This document shows positions 52,201 through 63,031 of a stretch of DNA of 64,000 nt, piece after piece. Origin of the DNA: Lingula anatina (Eukaryota > Animalia > Brachiopoda); assembly GCA_051362555.1 (NCBI GenBank), contig CM120646.1, positions 6,262,001-6,326,000 on the forward strand, written 5' to 3'. Within the stretch, counting starts at the first letter, position 1; every line of letters begins with the position of its first letter. The notes below the pieces were generated by a model. The model saw nothing but the letters and a program-made list of their open reading frames with translations, was not told the origin of the DNA and made no database searches. The position numbers were made by a program, and so were the translations under genes.

Positions 52201-52548
52201 ACTGAACTTTGCAAATTTTGCTTCCCTTTTATCTCCAAAACTGGCAGAGATAGGTCCATAGTTACTATTGAAGTTGGATAGGAAGTCATATACTGGCAAT
52301 TTACTGTGACCTTGAAATTGACCTTTGACCTACCTTACAATGAACTTAACTTTGATTGCACCATTTTTAGTTATATATATTTTTGGCATATTTTGAAAAT
52401 TCTTGTTGATTGCATTTTTACAGCTTGTCAAGCACAAGACTGGTGGCTGCACCCCTTATTTTGTGTATGTGGGGGTCTATACGAATGCGCTTGCTCCAGC
52501 TGGTGGTACAATATTCGGAGGCGGTATCGCCTCTCTGATCCTCTAGTT
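49250..52548 (+). mobile_element. HINE family B copy 2 (intronic), with duplicated 5' half and ~6.7 units of the 146-bp repeat
   Basis: Same termini as 42070-45683. The 5' stem-loop restarts at ~50079. Array at 51354-52340. Confidence 0.85.
50811..51103. mobile_element. Non-autonomous IS3EU-like MITE (TACGG..CCGTA termini, 6-bp TSD)
   Basis: TIR TACGGAAGCCGACTGGTGCCATATGT. TSD AAAATG at 50805-10 and 51104-09. The empty site GCAAAATGTGCAG is seen in copy 1 (~42797-42810). The interior is reiterated palindromes ATCTCGAAATTTCGAGAT. Truncated copy at 49994-50078 and degenerate piece at ~27076-27130. Confidence 0.8.
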
Positions 52549-53750
52549 TAATTTGGATACAATGACTGTACTAATTTTTTTCTGAAAACGCAGAATAAAG
52601 TAATTTATCCTCTCACCTTCAAAGTCTTGGCCAACAAGAGTCCAAGATGATGACAGAAAATTCATAAACAATATTGCGATGTAGACAGCAAATGTCAGAA
52701 GAATAAGCAGCATCAGCAGCGGTTTATGTCCCTGTGTTTTCATGGTTGCTTGTTGTACTGCAAAAGAAAAAAAAAACAATTTTGAAATATTTTAGGAGTT
52801 TTTTAAAACATCAAAACAGAGTTTCCAATTTTTATTCGTAATGAACTAGTTAGATACATGTTTGTGAGAACTTGTCAAAACCAGTTGTGTAACAATCTCT
52901 TACGACAAATTAAATTGTCAGTCCAAAAATTAAGTGCTTCTTCGATCCCCTTATAATCACAGGGAGCCTGAAAAATTGGGTTAATCAAAATACACTCCAG
53001 ATGGCAGCACCTCCTTCAATAGGAAAACATGCCAGTCATCCCAGCTGGGTTTTCATTTAATAAGAGGCACTCGTGTATTTCTGCATGTCAATTATAGAAA
53101 AACTCTGTATTTATACCAACTTGAAAACTGCGGCACTGATGTCACTGCCCAATTGAGAACAAAAGACAGCTACAGGGTAGTACTGTACGTACTTGCAGAT
53201 TTGTGCACCATTCACAAATCTTCCAAATGTCAACAAACTTGCAGTATATACATGTATGCCTTCTACTTTGAAGCTCCTATAATCTTTAAAAAAGCAGTGG
53301 TCCACAAGCAATTGTAAGGTGGCCGGAATTTCAAAAATGAGTCCATGGCGTTTTATAACAAAGCAAGAAATGTCCATCAAAATGCCTCAATATCTTAACT
53401 GATATACACAAAAATTTATATACTTGTTGTCTTTATTAATTTTGTACATGTTGTTGCACTGTACATCATCAATAAAGTACTGCAAGTCTCTTGCTTACAC
53501 AAAATTCGCTCAATAAAACCTCATCAACACATCACAATACTATAACTCTACACTGTCAATTGTAAGAGATCCTGAAGTGTCACTGATGCTCATCCCCTTC
53601 ATTTTAAATTCTAAAAAAACTTCGTTCTAAACTAGATAATTTCACACTTAGCACATGCAACAGACACAAACAAACTAGCATACAGTAAACTAATAAAGTT
53701 ATTATAAACTTATTCTTATTCAATCTCGTTTTGCTAAATATTCAACTCAC

Positions 53751-54199
53751 CTGAGTAACCCTTATACTTTTTTTCTTAGTGCTCACTCCTCTTCTACCTA
53801 TTATACCAGATCAATTTACATAAGTGAAGGGCTTGTATAACATGGGTGTACCCGCGTGCACTGCAACGTGCCGTCCAAGTGACCCAGATTCAGAACGAGG
53901 CGTAAAAACAAAAACTGGTTTTAAGCAACCAATATTTTATTATTAAATATTCACATATTTACTTTATATGGAACAAAAATATATGATATATTATATATAT
54001 TAGTACAAATTTACATTTTAAAAGTAGGATATTTAAAAATAAATATTTTAATGAAGAATTTTTGACACACAGAATAATAAATTTATGATTTTATAAAACC
54101 TGTTTTCGTGGGTCATCGGACGCACAGCAGGTCATAGCTCAGTGTTCATATAACCTGTTGTTTTTTGGGAAGAAAGTTGTCATTCGATTACCACTGAAG
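53751..54199. promoter_or_regulatory. Compact divergent promoter and 5' non-coding exons shared by the two TspO-like paralogs
   Basis: Outward-facing splice donors at 53750 (minus, CAG|GTGAGT) and 54200 (plus, AAG|GTAAGC), about 450 bp apart, with an AT-rich core between two CpG-containing patches. Confidence 0.55.
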
Positions 54200-54410
54200 G
54201 TAAGCTCTCCGAAAATATTCTAAATCAACGAAATTCAAATGAAAGTTGAACAAGAATTAGTCTGCTGTTAGTCAAGTTTAAGTTTTTGTAACTCAAAACG
54301 ACCGTTCATAGACAAGTCTTTTGCAACGTGAGTTACCTCAGTTAGACTAAAAAAACCTTAATAATTTAACAACTTTATCATTTTTCCTAAGTATACTCAG
54401 AGGTTTCAAA

Positions 54411-57400
54411 ATGGACGTGAATTTTGAAATTGAGAAAGAAGTTAAATACAAGCACCATGCAGCTTTTATGCTGTTGATAATTCTGACAGTTTTGGGGTTT
54501 GCGGCTACCTGCGGCTTCAATGCCGTTTCGAACGGTCCAAACGGTGAGTAAAAAATATGTTTACTCCGATTAATAATACAATGTACAAATGAATAAACAA
54601 AGTAAAAGATGATAAAGGAAAATATGCTTAGGATTTTCATTTGGATTATTTTTATGTACAGACACAGATGTGTCTGTACATATTGCCATCACCTGCGTCT
54701 GTCGTCGCCGGCGTCGCCGTCGCCGTCGCCGTCGGCGCCGTGCACTTTCCTTGTAAACACGATAAGTGGAGGGCAGTTTTACTTTTTGGCTTTATATTTA
54801 CAGAGCTGATGAATATTCATAAAATGCAGGTCAAGTTCGAAAATCAGCATAATCGGGCCATTATTGTAGAAGTTATGCTGTTTTTTCACTTTTCAGCATA
54901 TATGCAACCCTGTAAACACATTTTAAGGAAAACCGTTAGGCCTGTTGTCATGAAACTCACAGGAGTAATCAATCTTACTAAAACGCAGGTCAAGTTCGAA
55001 AATCAGCATGATCGGACCACTATTTTAGTAGTTATGCTGTTTTTTCATTTTTCAGCATATATGCAACACTGTAAACACAATATAAGAAAAATAGATTGGC
55101 CAATTGTCATTTAACTCACAGGAATGGTCAATCTTACTAAAACGCAGGTTGAGTTCGAAAATCAGCATAATCGGGGCATTATTTTAGAAGTTATGCTGTT
55201 TTTTCACATTTCCTAAGATTCAATTCTTAGGCATGTTAACAGTCTTATTATTTTACTAATAAGATACATAAAAGTGTTTGTTTGACATTTCCTGCATCTT
55301 TACAACATTGTTAGTTGATTATGTAAAAATGATGGTAAACTTGTTATCGTGTATTGTGTAATAAAGTTTCAAAAATGGAAATAAACTCATATCATTGCAG
55401 TTTGTCAGATTCAATCATTCACTATGTTCAGAATCTCAGAATGGAGGAAATTGGACATTTAACACTATTCTATTGATATTTTTCCCATCTCATCAATTTT
55501 CTTAGTTGATCATATAAAAATTGCAGTAAACTGTTTATTTTGTTTTATGTTAAAAAAAGTGTTAAAAATGGAAATAAACCCATGTCTTGTTTTACCTTTC
55601 CTCAGATTCAATTCTTAGGCATGTTAACAGTCTCATTATTTAACTAATAAGACATGTAAAAGTGTTTGGTTGACATTTCCTGCATCTTTACAACATTATT
55701 AGTTGATTATGTAAAAATGATGGTAAACTTGTTATCATGTGTTGTGTAATAAAGTTTCAAAAATGGAAATAAACTCATATCATTGCTGTTTGTCAGATTC
55801 AATCATTCACTATGTTCAGAATCTCAGAATGGAGGAAATTGGACATTTAACACTGTTGTATTGATATTTTTCCCATCTCATCAATTTTCTTAGTTGATCG
55901 TATAAAAATGGCAGTAACCTGTTAATATTGTTTTATGTTAAAAAATTGTTAAAAATGGGGAAAAAATTTTCAGAACAGTGCTGTCTTGTTTACATTTTGG
56001 CATTTTCAAGTTGTGACTTTGAAGTTCCATGGGCCTGAGGACCTTTGCTAGTCACATTTTCTGAATATCCATGATACTAATATTTTATTATTAAAAATTG
56101 ATGGTCATTATGCTGTTAAACATTATGTAATATTGCATCAAAATTTGAAAAAAAAAAAAAAACTATTTTGGGCACTGCTCCCATGATGACCATTTAAGAA
56201 AAACCATGTCACTTACTGTTCTCAAACTTACAGGAAAGAAACATGGGACTAGAATACAGCTTCAGTAGGCAATGCAGTCTGTTTGGTAATTCTTACTGCC
56301 AGTTTAAACAGTTTTTTTTTTTTTTTGTTTTTTTTTGTGAAAATTTAATTTTTCACATATTGGCATTTTCAAGGTGTGACTTTGAAGTTCCACAGGCTTG
56401 AAGACCCATGCTAGTCACATTTTCTGAAAATCCATGAAACGTATATTTTATTATTAAAAATTGACGGTCATTATGCTGTTAACCATTATGTAATATGGCA
56501 TCAGAATAGAAGAAAACCGAATTTTGGGTGCTGCTGCCATGATGACCATTATGGGAAAACCATGTTACTTATGATTGCCAAATTTTCAAAAAAGAAATAC
56601 GGGACTAAAATGCAGCCTGAGTTGGAAAAACAGTCTAATTGGCTTCTTTTTCTGGAAGTTATACATTTTCAAAGTGTGAACATTTTACTTATATTGGTAT
56701 TACCTGTTGAGCATAATTAAAATTTGATGTTGAATTTGCAGTTTAACATAATGTACTTTTGCATCAGAATTGACAGTAGCCTATTTTGAGCATAGTTATT
56801 TCCTGTTTTTTGTCTGTACATTTGACAGCTTTGCTGCCTTGTTTCATTGTTTGAATCATTAATTTAACAGTATTCACATGTTTTTCTTTTCTGTACGCTG
56901 GTATTGGTACTGGTATTCAATATTCCCCAACAGTCATATTTATGTCCTGCAAAGTTTTTTGTATTTCCTGAATCACACCTCAAAGACGGTAAAACTCATT
57001 AAACGACACTTTATTGGATTCATTCCCACTGTCGTCATTATCTTTCCTCAGTTTAAAAAAAATGAGTGACAGCTCACAAGCTCTGTACCAGTATTATACA
57101 CTACAATATACTAGTATAACACTGCAATATTTCTTCTCCCATTTTCAGCCCTGTTTTTAAACAACACAGGAGATGTGTCTGATGCTTACTACTTGGAGAT
57201 TACTCCCGCTGGATGGACCTTCTCTATCTGGGGGATTATCTATTTCTGGCAGGTAGGGGTTATCTGTGTGTTTTAGGTATGTGTGTGTGTGTGTTAGGGG
57301 AAGGGGGGGGAGGAGGAGGAACTTGTCCTTTCCAACATATGAATATTTGGTCAAAAATTGAATGTTTTGTGTGAAATTTGAGATATTATGCAAAAATACC

Positions 57401-58816
57401 CCCTTTTGTACTTGTATTAGTTGTTAAGGTTTGATTTATGAACAGTTTTTCTAAAAAACAAGCAAACATGAAGCGCCATAGTTAGCTCAGGAGATGGATG
57501 CTACCTTGTGAGCCTTGAAGCAGAATGGTCATTCTTTATCAGGGGCAGATCGAGAGATATTTTCTGAGAGTCTTCCAAATTATCTTTGTTGATCCATCCT
57601 CCATTTTTGACCGTCTTCCGACAGAAAAAAATTAGATACCTGTCAATGTAAACTAGAAAATCTGACCGTCTTCCGGAAGACCCAGAAGACGGCCTAAATC
57701 CGCCCCTGTTTATCTATAACAAGTACCTGTGGAATGTCATTACATGTATATAGGCATAGCCATTGCGTCATTAGACAGATGGGAGCAGCAGATAGAATCA
57801 GAAATTATATGAACTTTGACTGACATTTCCCTAATGAGTTGTCTAAGAGAAGAAAATTTTAATGAAGTATGAATTGACTGCTATTGCAAGGATGGTGCCC
57901 AAATTAAGTTACCTTTAAAGTATACAAGTTAATTTACCATCTGATTTACCATTTGTAGTTAAAGTAAAAGTTTTTATTTCTGATACAGCAAAGAATGACA
58001 TATTTTTACACAGATGCTTGTGCGCACGCTGGCACACACATATAGTATGAACACACACACATATTATAGGAGAAAAACTAATTATGATTTCACTTTGTAT
58101 TTCCACAGGTGTGTTTTCTGATCTACGCCTTGGTTAGTCTGTGTCGTAAGGGACCTAAGGGTTATCTGTACGTCAACCCAGGCCTCCTACCAGCAGGAAC
58201 TTTCATCTTCTACATTGTCAACAATCTCTGCAACATAAGCTGGCTGTTTCTGTGGGACAGACAGATTTTATGGGGGGCTCTCATCGTCATCGCCCTGATG
58301 CCTTTTACCCTCTGGGTCGCCTTGGTGTTCTGTCATCTGCGCCTTGACTCTATCGCCTATCAGCTGATAGGGATGAATTCTGGGAAGGACATCTGGTTGA
58401 TCCGATTCCTCGTGCAGAATGCTATGGCCTTTTACGCAACCTGGGTTACCATAGCAACTTTGTTGAATCTCTCCATGGTGTTGAGCTACGTCACAAAGGC
58501 TGTAACACAGGATGTTGCATGCACCATTGCTTTGGGCATCCTGTCTGCGGAGATCGCCACATGGTTCATCTTAGAGACCTTTGTGTTGGACCGTTATGTG
58601 CGCTACACCTTCGCACCATATCCTGTTATAATCATGGCTCTGATTGGTTCCATGTCCAAGAACTGGGATCCAACCAAACGCAATTCCATATTTACTGCGG
58701 TGCTTCTTGGCATAGCTGGGGTGTTGACCATAGTGAAAGTATCTGTCATTATTTATCGTCATATCAAACGACCATTGTATCAAAAAGTGGAACCAATCAC
58801 TTCCAAACCCTTTTAA
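54411..58816 (+). CDS. TspO/MBR-like (tryptophan-rich) multi-pass membrane protein paralog B, 314 aa
   Basis: Exons 54411-54543 ([44 protein letters not shown]), 57149-57252 ([34 protein letters not shown]) and 58109-58816, total 945 nt, open. [19 protein letters not shown] and [13 protein letters not shown] motifs plus multiple hydrophobic helices. The family name is inferred from motifs. Confidence 0.88.
54649..56844 (+). mobile_element. HINE family A copy 2 (intronic)
   Basis: Same 5' stem-loop (ATGTACAGACACAGATGTGTCTGTACAT), GTCGCC microsatellite, internal repeats and 3' end (TGTCTGTACATTTGACAGCTTTGCTGCCTTGTTT) as 19864-23480. Confidence 0.82.
57540..57708. mobile_element. MITE (CAGGGGCAGAT...AATCCGCCCCTG) with 5-bp TSD TTTAT
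   Basis: TTTAT at 57535-39 and 57709-13. Inverted copy of 12186-12358. Confidence 0.82.
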
Positions 58817-61200
58817 TCATTTTTATATGAATTTCTGTGTCTGTATACCTCATTTGTTTATTGTATATATTTGGATTTAGAGATTAAACTCAGTTTGCTC
58901 ATAACTCTTTAGGACCAAAGGAACTTTCAGTAGTTCATCTTTTAGTTAATAACACTCCATATTGCACAAATATTATTTGACAGTTGAGTGAAGTATCATT
59001 TATTAGATGCTTTATTATTTGTACAGTATAGCTTTTATAATTGGAAATCATACTTAAAAAATTTAAAGAGTGCTAAATTTCAAACATTAACTATTTTTTC
59101 TTTGTTTCTATATAACTGTTATGGCAAAAGAAAAATAATAATTAAAGAATATTTTTATGTATTAAGTACATTCCCTGTGAAGTGTTGGAAATTGGAATAT
59201 TTAGACAATGAGGTAATCTGAACTGTAACATTTGAAATACCCTATCAATTAAAAATATCTTACGAACAACGAAATTAGAATACTAGTACATGTGGGAGAA
59301 AATAAATCTACTAGTATGCAAGCATATATGATTTTCTTCACTGATTGTTATTTAAATGTAACTATTTGTGTCTTCCAAGGCACTTGTACAGAAATATTTT
59401 ACTTATATTTATATTGTACTCCTATGCAATGCCAAGGCCATCTTCCACTTACATGCACATCCATATTTTTTTGAATAAACTCTTTTACTTGAAAAAGGTT
59501 TCTTTCATTTTATTGTTGTCAACATGAGTGGATGTCATTCATCAATTAAATGTGTCAAATGAAGTCAAGTTATGCTGAATTTTCCATTAATGACTGAACA
59601 TGCAGTATTATGTACTGCCTCATTAATCTTAGTAGCCTATTGTGTCTATAATGGTTTGTAGTGATACAAAATCTTCATCCTAAACAACATCTAAATAACC
59701 AGGGTGGCCTTTTTGTTTTGAATTGAGAGAAGAAGTGAAGCTGAGGCAAGTTATCGGAGAATAGATACAAGCCTTTTTAAGGACTTGCATATAGTACGGA
59801 GGGGGGGGGGATCATATAACAACAAGTAACTTGTAATATGGTCCACCCCCTTTATTTGCCATCTTCATCCAGTACAGGGCACACCCCTTTTTGCAAAGCA
59901 GATATAGATGACCCACCTTTAGTAGCTACAGTGCACCTTAATGACCATCGCCTATAAAATGAGAATACAAACACAGGTTTATGTGCCCTTTAAACGCGGG
60001 CACACCCATTTGATTATTTCTTAAGTTTTGATCAGCACTTCCATAGATAAAGACACATACGGTCTCTTAAACAAATACCGAAACAGCGATTGCGGTAGTT
60101 GAGACGTCATTAAGGTTACAAGTAACACATTCACCTTACTACACATTTTTCAGCACAATCACTCGGCAAACATATCCATCACATCGGAAGAACGGAAAAT
60201 TGACTGTCTTGAGAAATCTTTATAAAATTGAGACGCAGTGCCCTTCTAAGATTCGGCTCATTAGAGGAGTGTGTATTTCTCAAATTCCAGGCGTTTGTGC
60301 TGCCGTTGAAATGGCTACTTTTCTTAAAAGAACTTGAAAACGCCTTCACTTCTACCTTACAGATCTGGTCTCATCTTTATTTTTATATATCACATAAAAA
60401 TACATTTGTTGCAAAAATACTTAATTTTGATATTTTCATGTTGATGTCGATATACTAACTGGGCCTGGTCACCATTAAGTAAAATTATCAAAAACAAAAT
60501 TGAAGCGCAAAAATCAATTGCAAGGGATATTTTCATTATGGTATATTTCACTGGCTGAGTTTAATTTTACATCATGCTCTAATCCAAATTATCGGTGCAG
60601 TAAAGTCACTAATTGTCGTCTTGCGTGCACGGCCAGCACAACAATTACGCGAGACAGTTAGGTGGCCCTGAACGAAAAGCAGTGGACAGTCATTAAATAA
60701 TTCACCATATTTTCTGGCCCGGCATCGATTTTAGTGGCATTAGGCGTGGAGTCAGTGGCTAGCGTTAAAGACTGAAACGGCACGGATATTCCGCATAGAT
60801 GTTAAATTCTCAACACACAATAATTGCTTTGCTCATTGCAAGATTCTTGCCATTACATTTCATTGTTACAGGTAATGTTACACAATCGATAATACAAGAA
60901 GTTTTCATACATTTCCGCTACTAATGATTAAACAGCTTTAATTTCAAAATTTCATGTTCATTCAGTAATGCGAAATGAGTTCTCAGCCTTCGCCGTCGCA
61001 TCTGAACAGACTGAAGTGCAATTTGTATATGTAATAGTTTTTTTTTTTCCTAATTTTAATTTTGAAGAAATAACGTCATCGTCTTAATCGATTTTCATCA
61101 ATATAGATCTACCAGAAATAGTATACCATATCAAACATGCACCACTGGGGAAGTCTTTTTGAAAAAATAGATTTCATTATCACTTCTGGCGTCATCAGGG

Positions 61201-61359
61201 CAGGGCCGTAGCCTCCGGGGGGGCAGGGGGGGCAGCTGCCCCCCCTGGGATTTAGAATTTTCCACACTGGTAGGGGGACACCCCCTCCCCCTTCGGGGGC
61301 TTCGCCCCCTCGTGTCCGCTTACTGCCCCCCCTGGCATTTTGCTCCGGCTACGGCCCTG
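61201..61359. mobile_element. GC-rich MITE (CAGGGCCGTAGCC...GGCTACGGCCCTG) with 5-bp TSD CAGGG
   Basis: 13-bp perfect TIR. CAGGG at 61196-61200 and 61360-64. Confidence 0.82.
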
Positions 61360-61744
61360 CAGGGCCTATGAAAGGTGCTTTTGGAAGTATTTTGACAATG
61401 TTCCGATACAATAAAAGTGCTGGCTCTGTGGAAGTATAAGTTATAAAACATCCGATTTATTTAAGAGGCTGTCAAACACGAACCAATGGCGGTATTGCTC
61501 TTAATATAGGCCTATCGATCCCTGTCTCTGCCCCTAAAGATTTTTTTAATTGAATGACATCACTTGTTCATATGGTAACGTCACTGCTATTAGCTGCGCG
61601 AATGCCCCTGACACTGTAAGGGTGTATTTTCTGACAGTTACGTCATAGGAGTTTTTTTATATATATATCGAATGACATGCTATGGGCTGTGGTGATTTCC
61701 CTGGCATTTTTTTTTTTTTACATTAACGTCATAGGTGTTTTGTG

Positions 61745-63031
61745 TCACTTGGACACACTTGAGGTGCTACTCCGTGAGCTGACGAATTCCTTCATGTCAT
61801 ATTTGTGTGTGAGACAGGACGCGGACGGCACACGGCGGTACTTCGGCCTCACGAGCCGGACGTCTTCCTCTGACTGATAAGAAACTCTGGCCTGTATATT
61901 GAGGCGGCCCGTCTGCATGTCCAAGTATCCGTACCTACACAATGTGCGGTACACGTTCGTGTAAATATCATTATGGATCGACCTGTCCTCGCAAAAATGT
62001 TCGATACTTTTGAAGCACTCTTTACAGATCTTCTCTTTCCCATGAATTTCTAGGATCAGTTTAACTCGAGCTACGTCACCGATATTTTCGGCGAATATTT
62101 TTTGGGAACGGAGGAGTTTCAAGACCATGTGGTGGGCATTTTCTCGAAGCATTTCAAGGAGCCACTGTTCGGCGTGGTGAAGTCTCTGCCCGTACGTAGA
62201 CGGGCTAAATTCCTCAATCAATGCCCTGTCTCGCGAAAGATGTAAGATGTACTCTTTAGCGGGTTGGGTTTGTTCAACATTGGGCATGCTGTTATAAAAC
62301 AAAGCTGTGGAGATGCGATCGGCGGAACGAGCATCGTAGCAGGTCTCATAATGGGACTTTATAGGTTGCAATGCCGTAGTTTTGCTGATGCATTTTAATC
62401 CTACCCACTGGTCTTTCGTGGTTTGCCAGTTGATGCACTTTCCGTCGTACGTGTCATCGCTCACGAAGGCTGCCAGGTACGTGTCCGAGTGCAGCACGTC
62501 CTCAAAAGTCCCACACGCGATATCCAGGCCACCCAGAGTCCCCGAAGGCGTCACGTAGCCATGGCACTGATCGTATATATCAGCGCCCGTCGGCCAAATC
62601 TGCAAGCGTATTGCCGCCGTGCATATGTTTGCCCGCGCGGCCCCCAAGTGAAGCTTCTTTTCTCCAATCAAGCACAACTTCTGTAGGGAACTGTGAATCT
62701 CGGAGGATTGGGGGCTGGCAATGGTGATCACGTCGCTGTCTGTGAGGTACTCCTGCGTGACCAGGGAGGGGGAGTCCGGGGGGCCCGGGGACATAGTTGG
62801 CGGCAAAGGGGAAGGGTTCTCCTCACGCTCGGGGCTCGGGGTTGTGGAGGAAGAAGTGGAGCTCCCATTCAGGCTGTGACCCACATGGTCGCGGTGAGAC
62901 ATGCCACGGAGTTGGACGTGGTCCCTGTCCCTGTCTCTGTCTCGATGGTGCTTACTGCTGGACCGGTGTCGAGCACGGAACTCTATACCCACATCAGATT
63001 CGCTTCGTGACATATCCTCTTCGTTTTGTTC
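61745..63031 (-). CDS. Uncharacterised protein of at least 422 aa with a low-complexity N-terminus and a candidate zinc-dependent deaminase-fold C-terminal domain
   Basis: GC-richer 1.29-kb open exon. Acceptor ttctttctAG at 63032 is followed in frame by EQNEED-M(63013), so upstream coding exons are possible. Motifs LHHAEQWLL and LILEIHGKEKICKECF. AATAAA at 61461-61456. That it is coding is well supported. The domain call is inference. Confidence 0.8.
   Translation of the reverse strand, partial: EQNEEDMSRSESDVGIEFRARHRSSSKHHRDRDRDRDHVQLRGMSHRDHVGHSLNGSSTSSSTTPSPEREENPSPLPPTMSPGPPDSPSLVTQEYLTDSDVITIASPQSSEIHSSLQKLCLIGEKKLHLGAARANICTAAIRLQIWPTGADIYDQCHGYVTPSGTLGGLDIACGTFEDVLHSDTYLAAFVSDDTYDGKCINWQTTKDQWVGLKCISKTTALQPIKSHYETCYDARSADRISTALFYNSMPNVEQTQPAKEYILHLSRDRALIEEFSPSTYGQRLHHAEQWLLEMLRENAHHMVLKLLRSQKIFAENIGDVARVKLILEIHGKEKICKECFKSIEHFCEDRSIHNDIYTNVYRTLCRYGYLDMQTGRLNIQARVSYQSEEDVRLVRPKYRRVPSASCLTHKYDMKEFVSSRSSTSSVSK

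Larger units (their letters stand above)
47401..52743 (-). pseudogene. TspO/MBR-like (tryptophan-rich) multi-pass membrane protein paralog A, otherwise intact but with an in-frame TAG at 47823-47821
   Basis: Coding exons 52743-52617, 48911-48808 ([34 protein letters not shown]) and 48108-47401. Exon structure and phases match paralog B. The last exon reads MKSVND*IDWMIRF versus [12 protein letters not shown] in B. A probable non-coding first exon ends at 53751 (CAG|GTGAGT). Confidence 0.8.

Noticed and set aside
54641-55114. 157-aa ORF
   Set aside because: It lies wholly within HINE family A repeats and is not conserved as an ORF in the 19864 copy.
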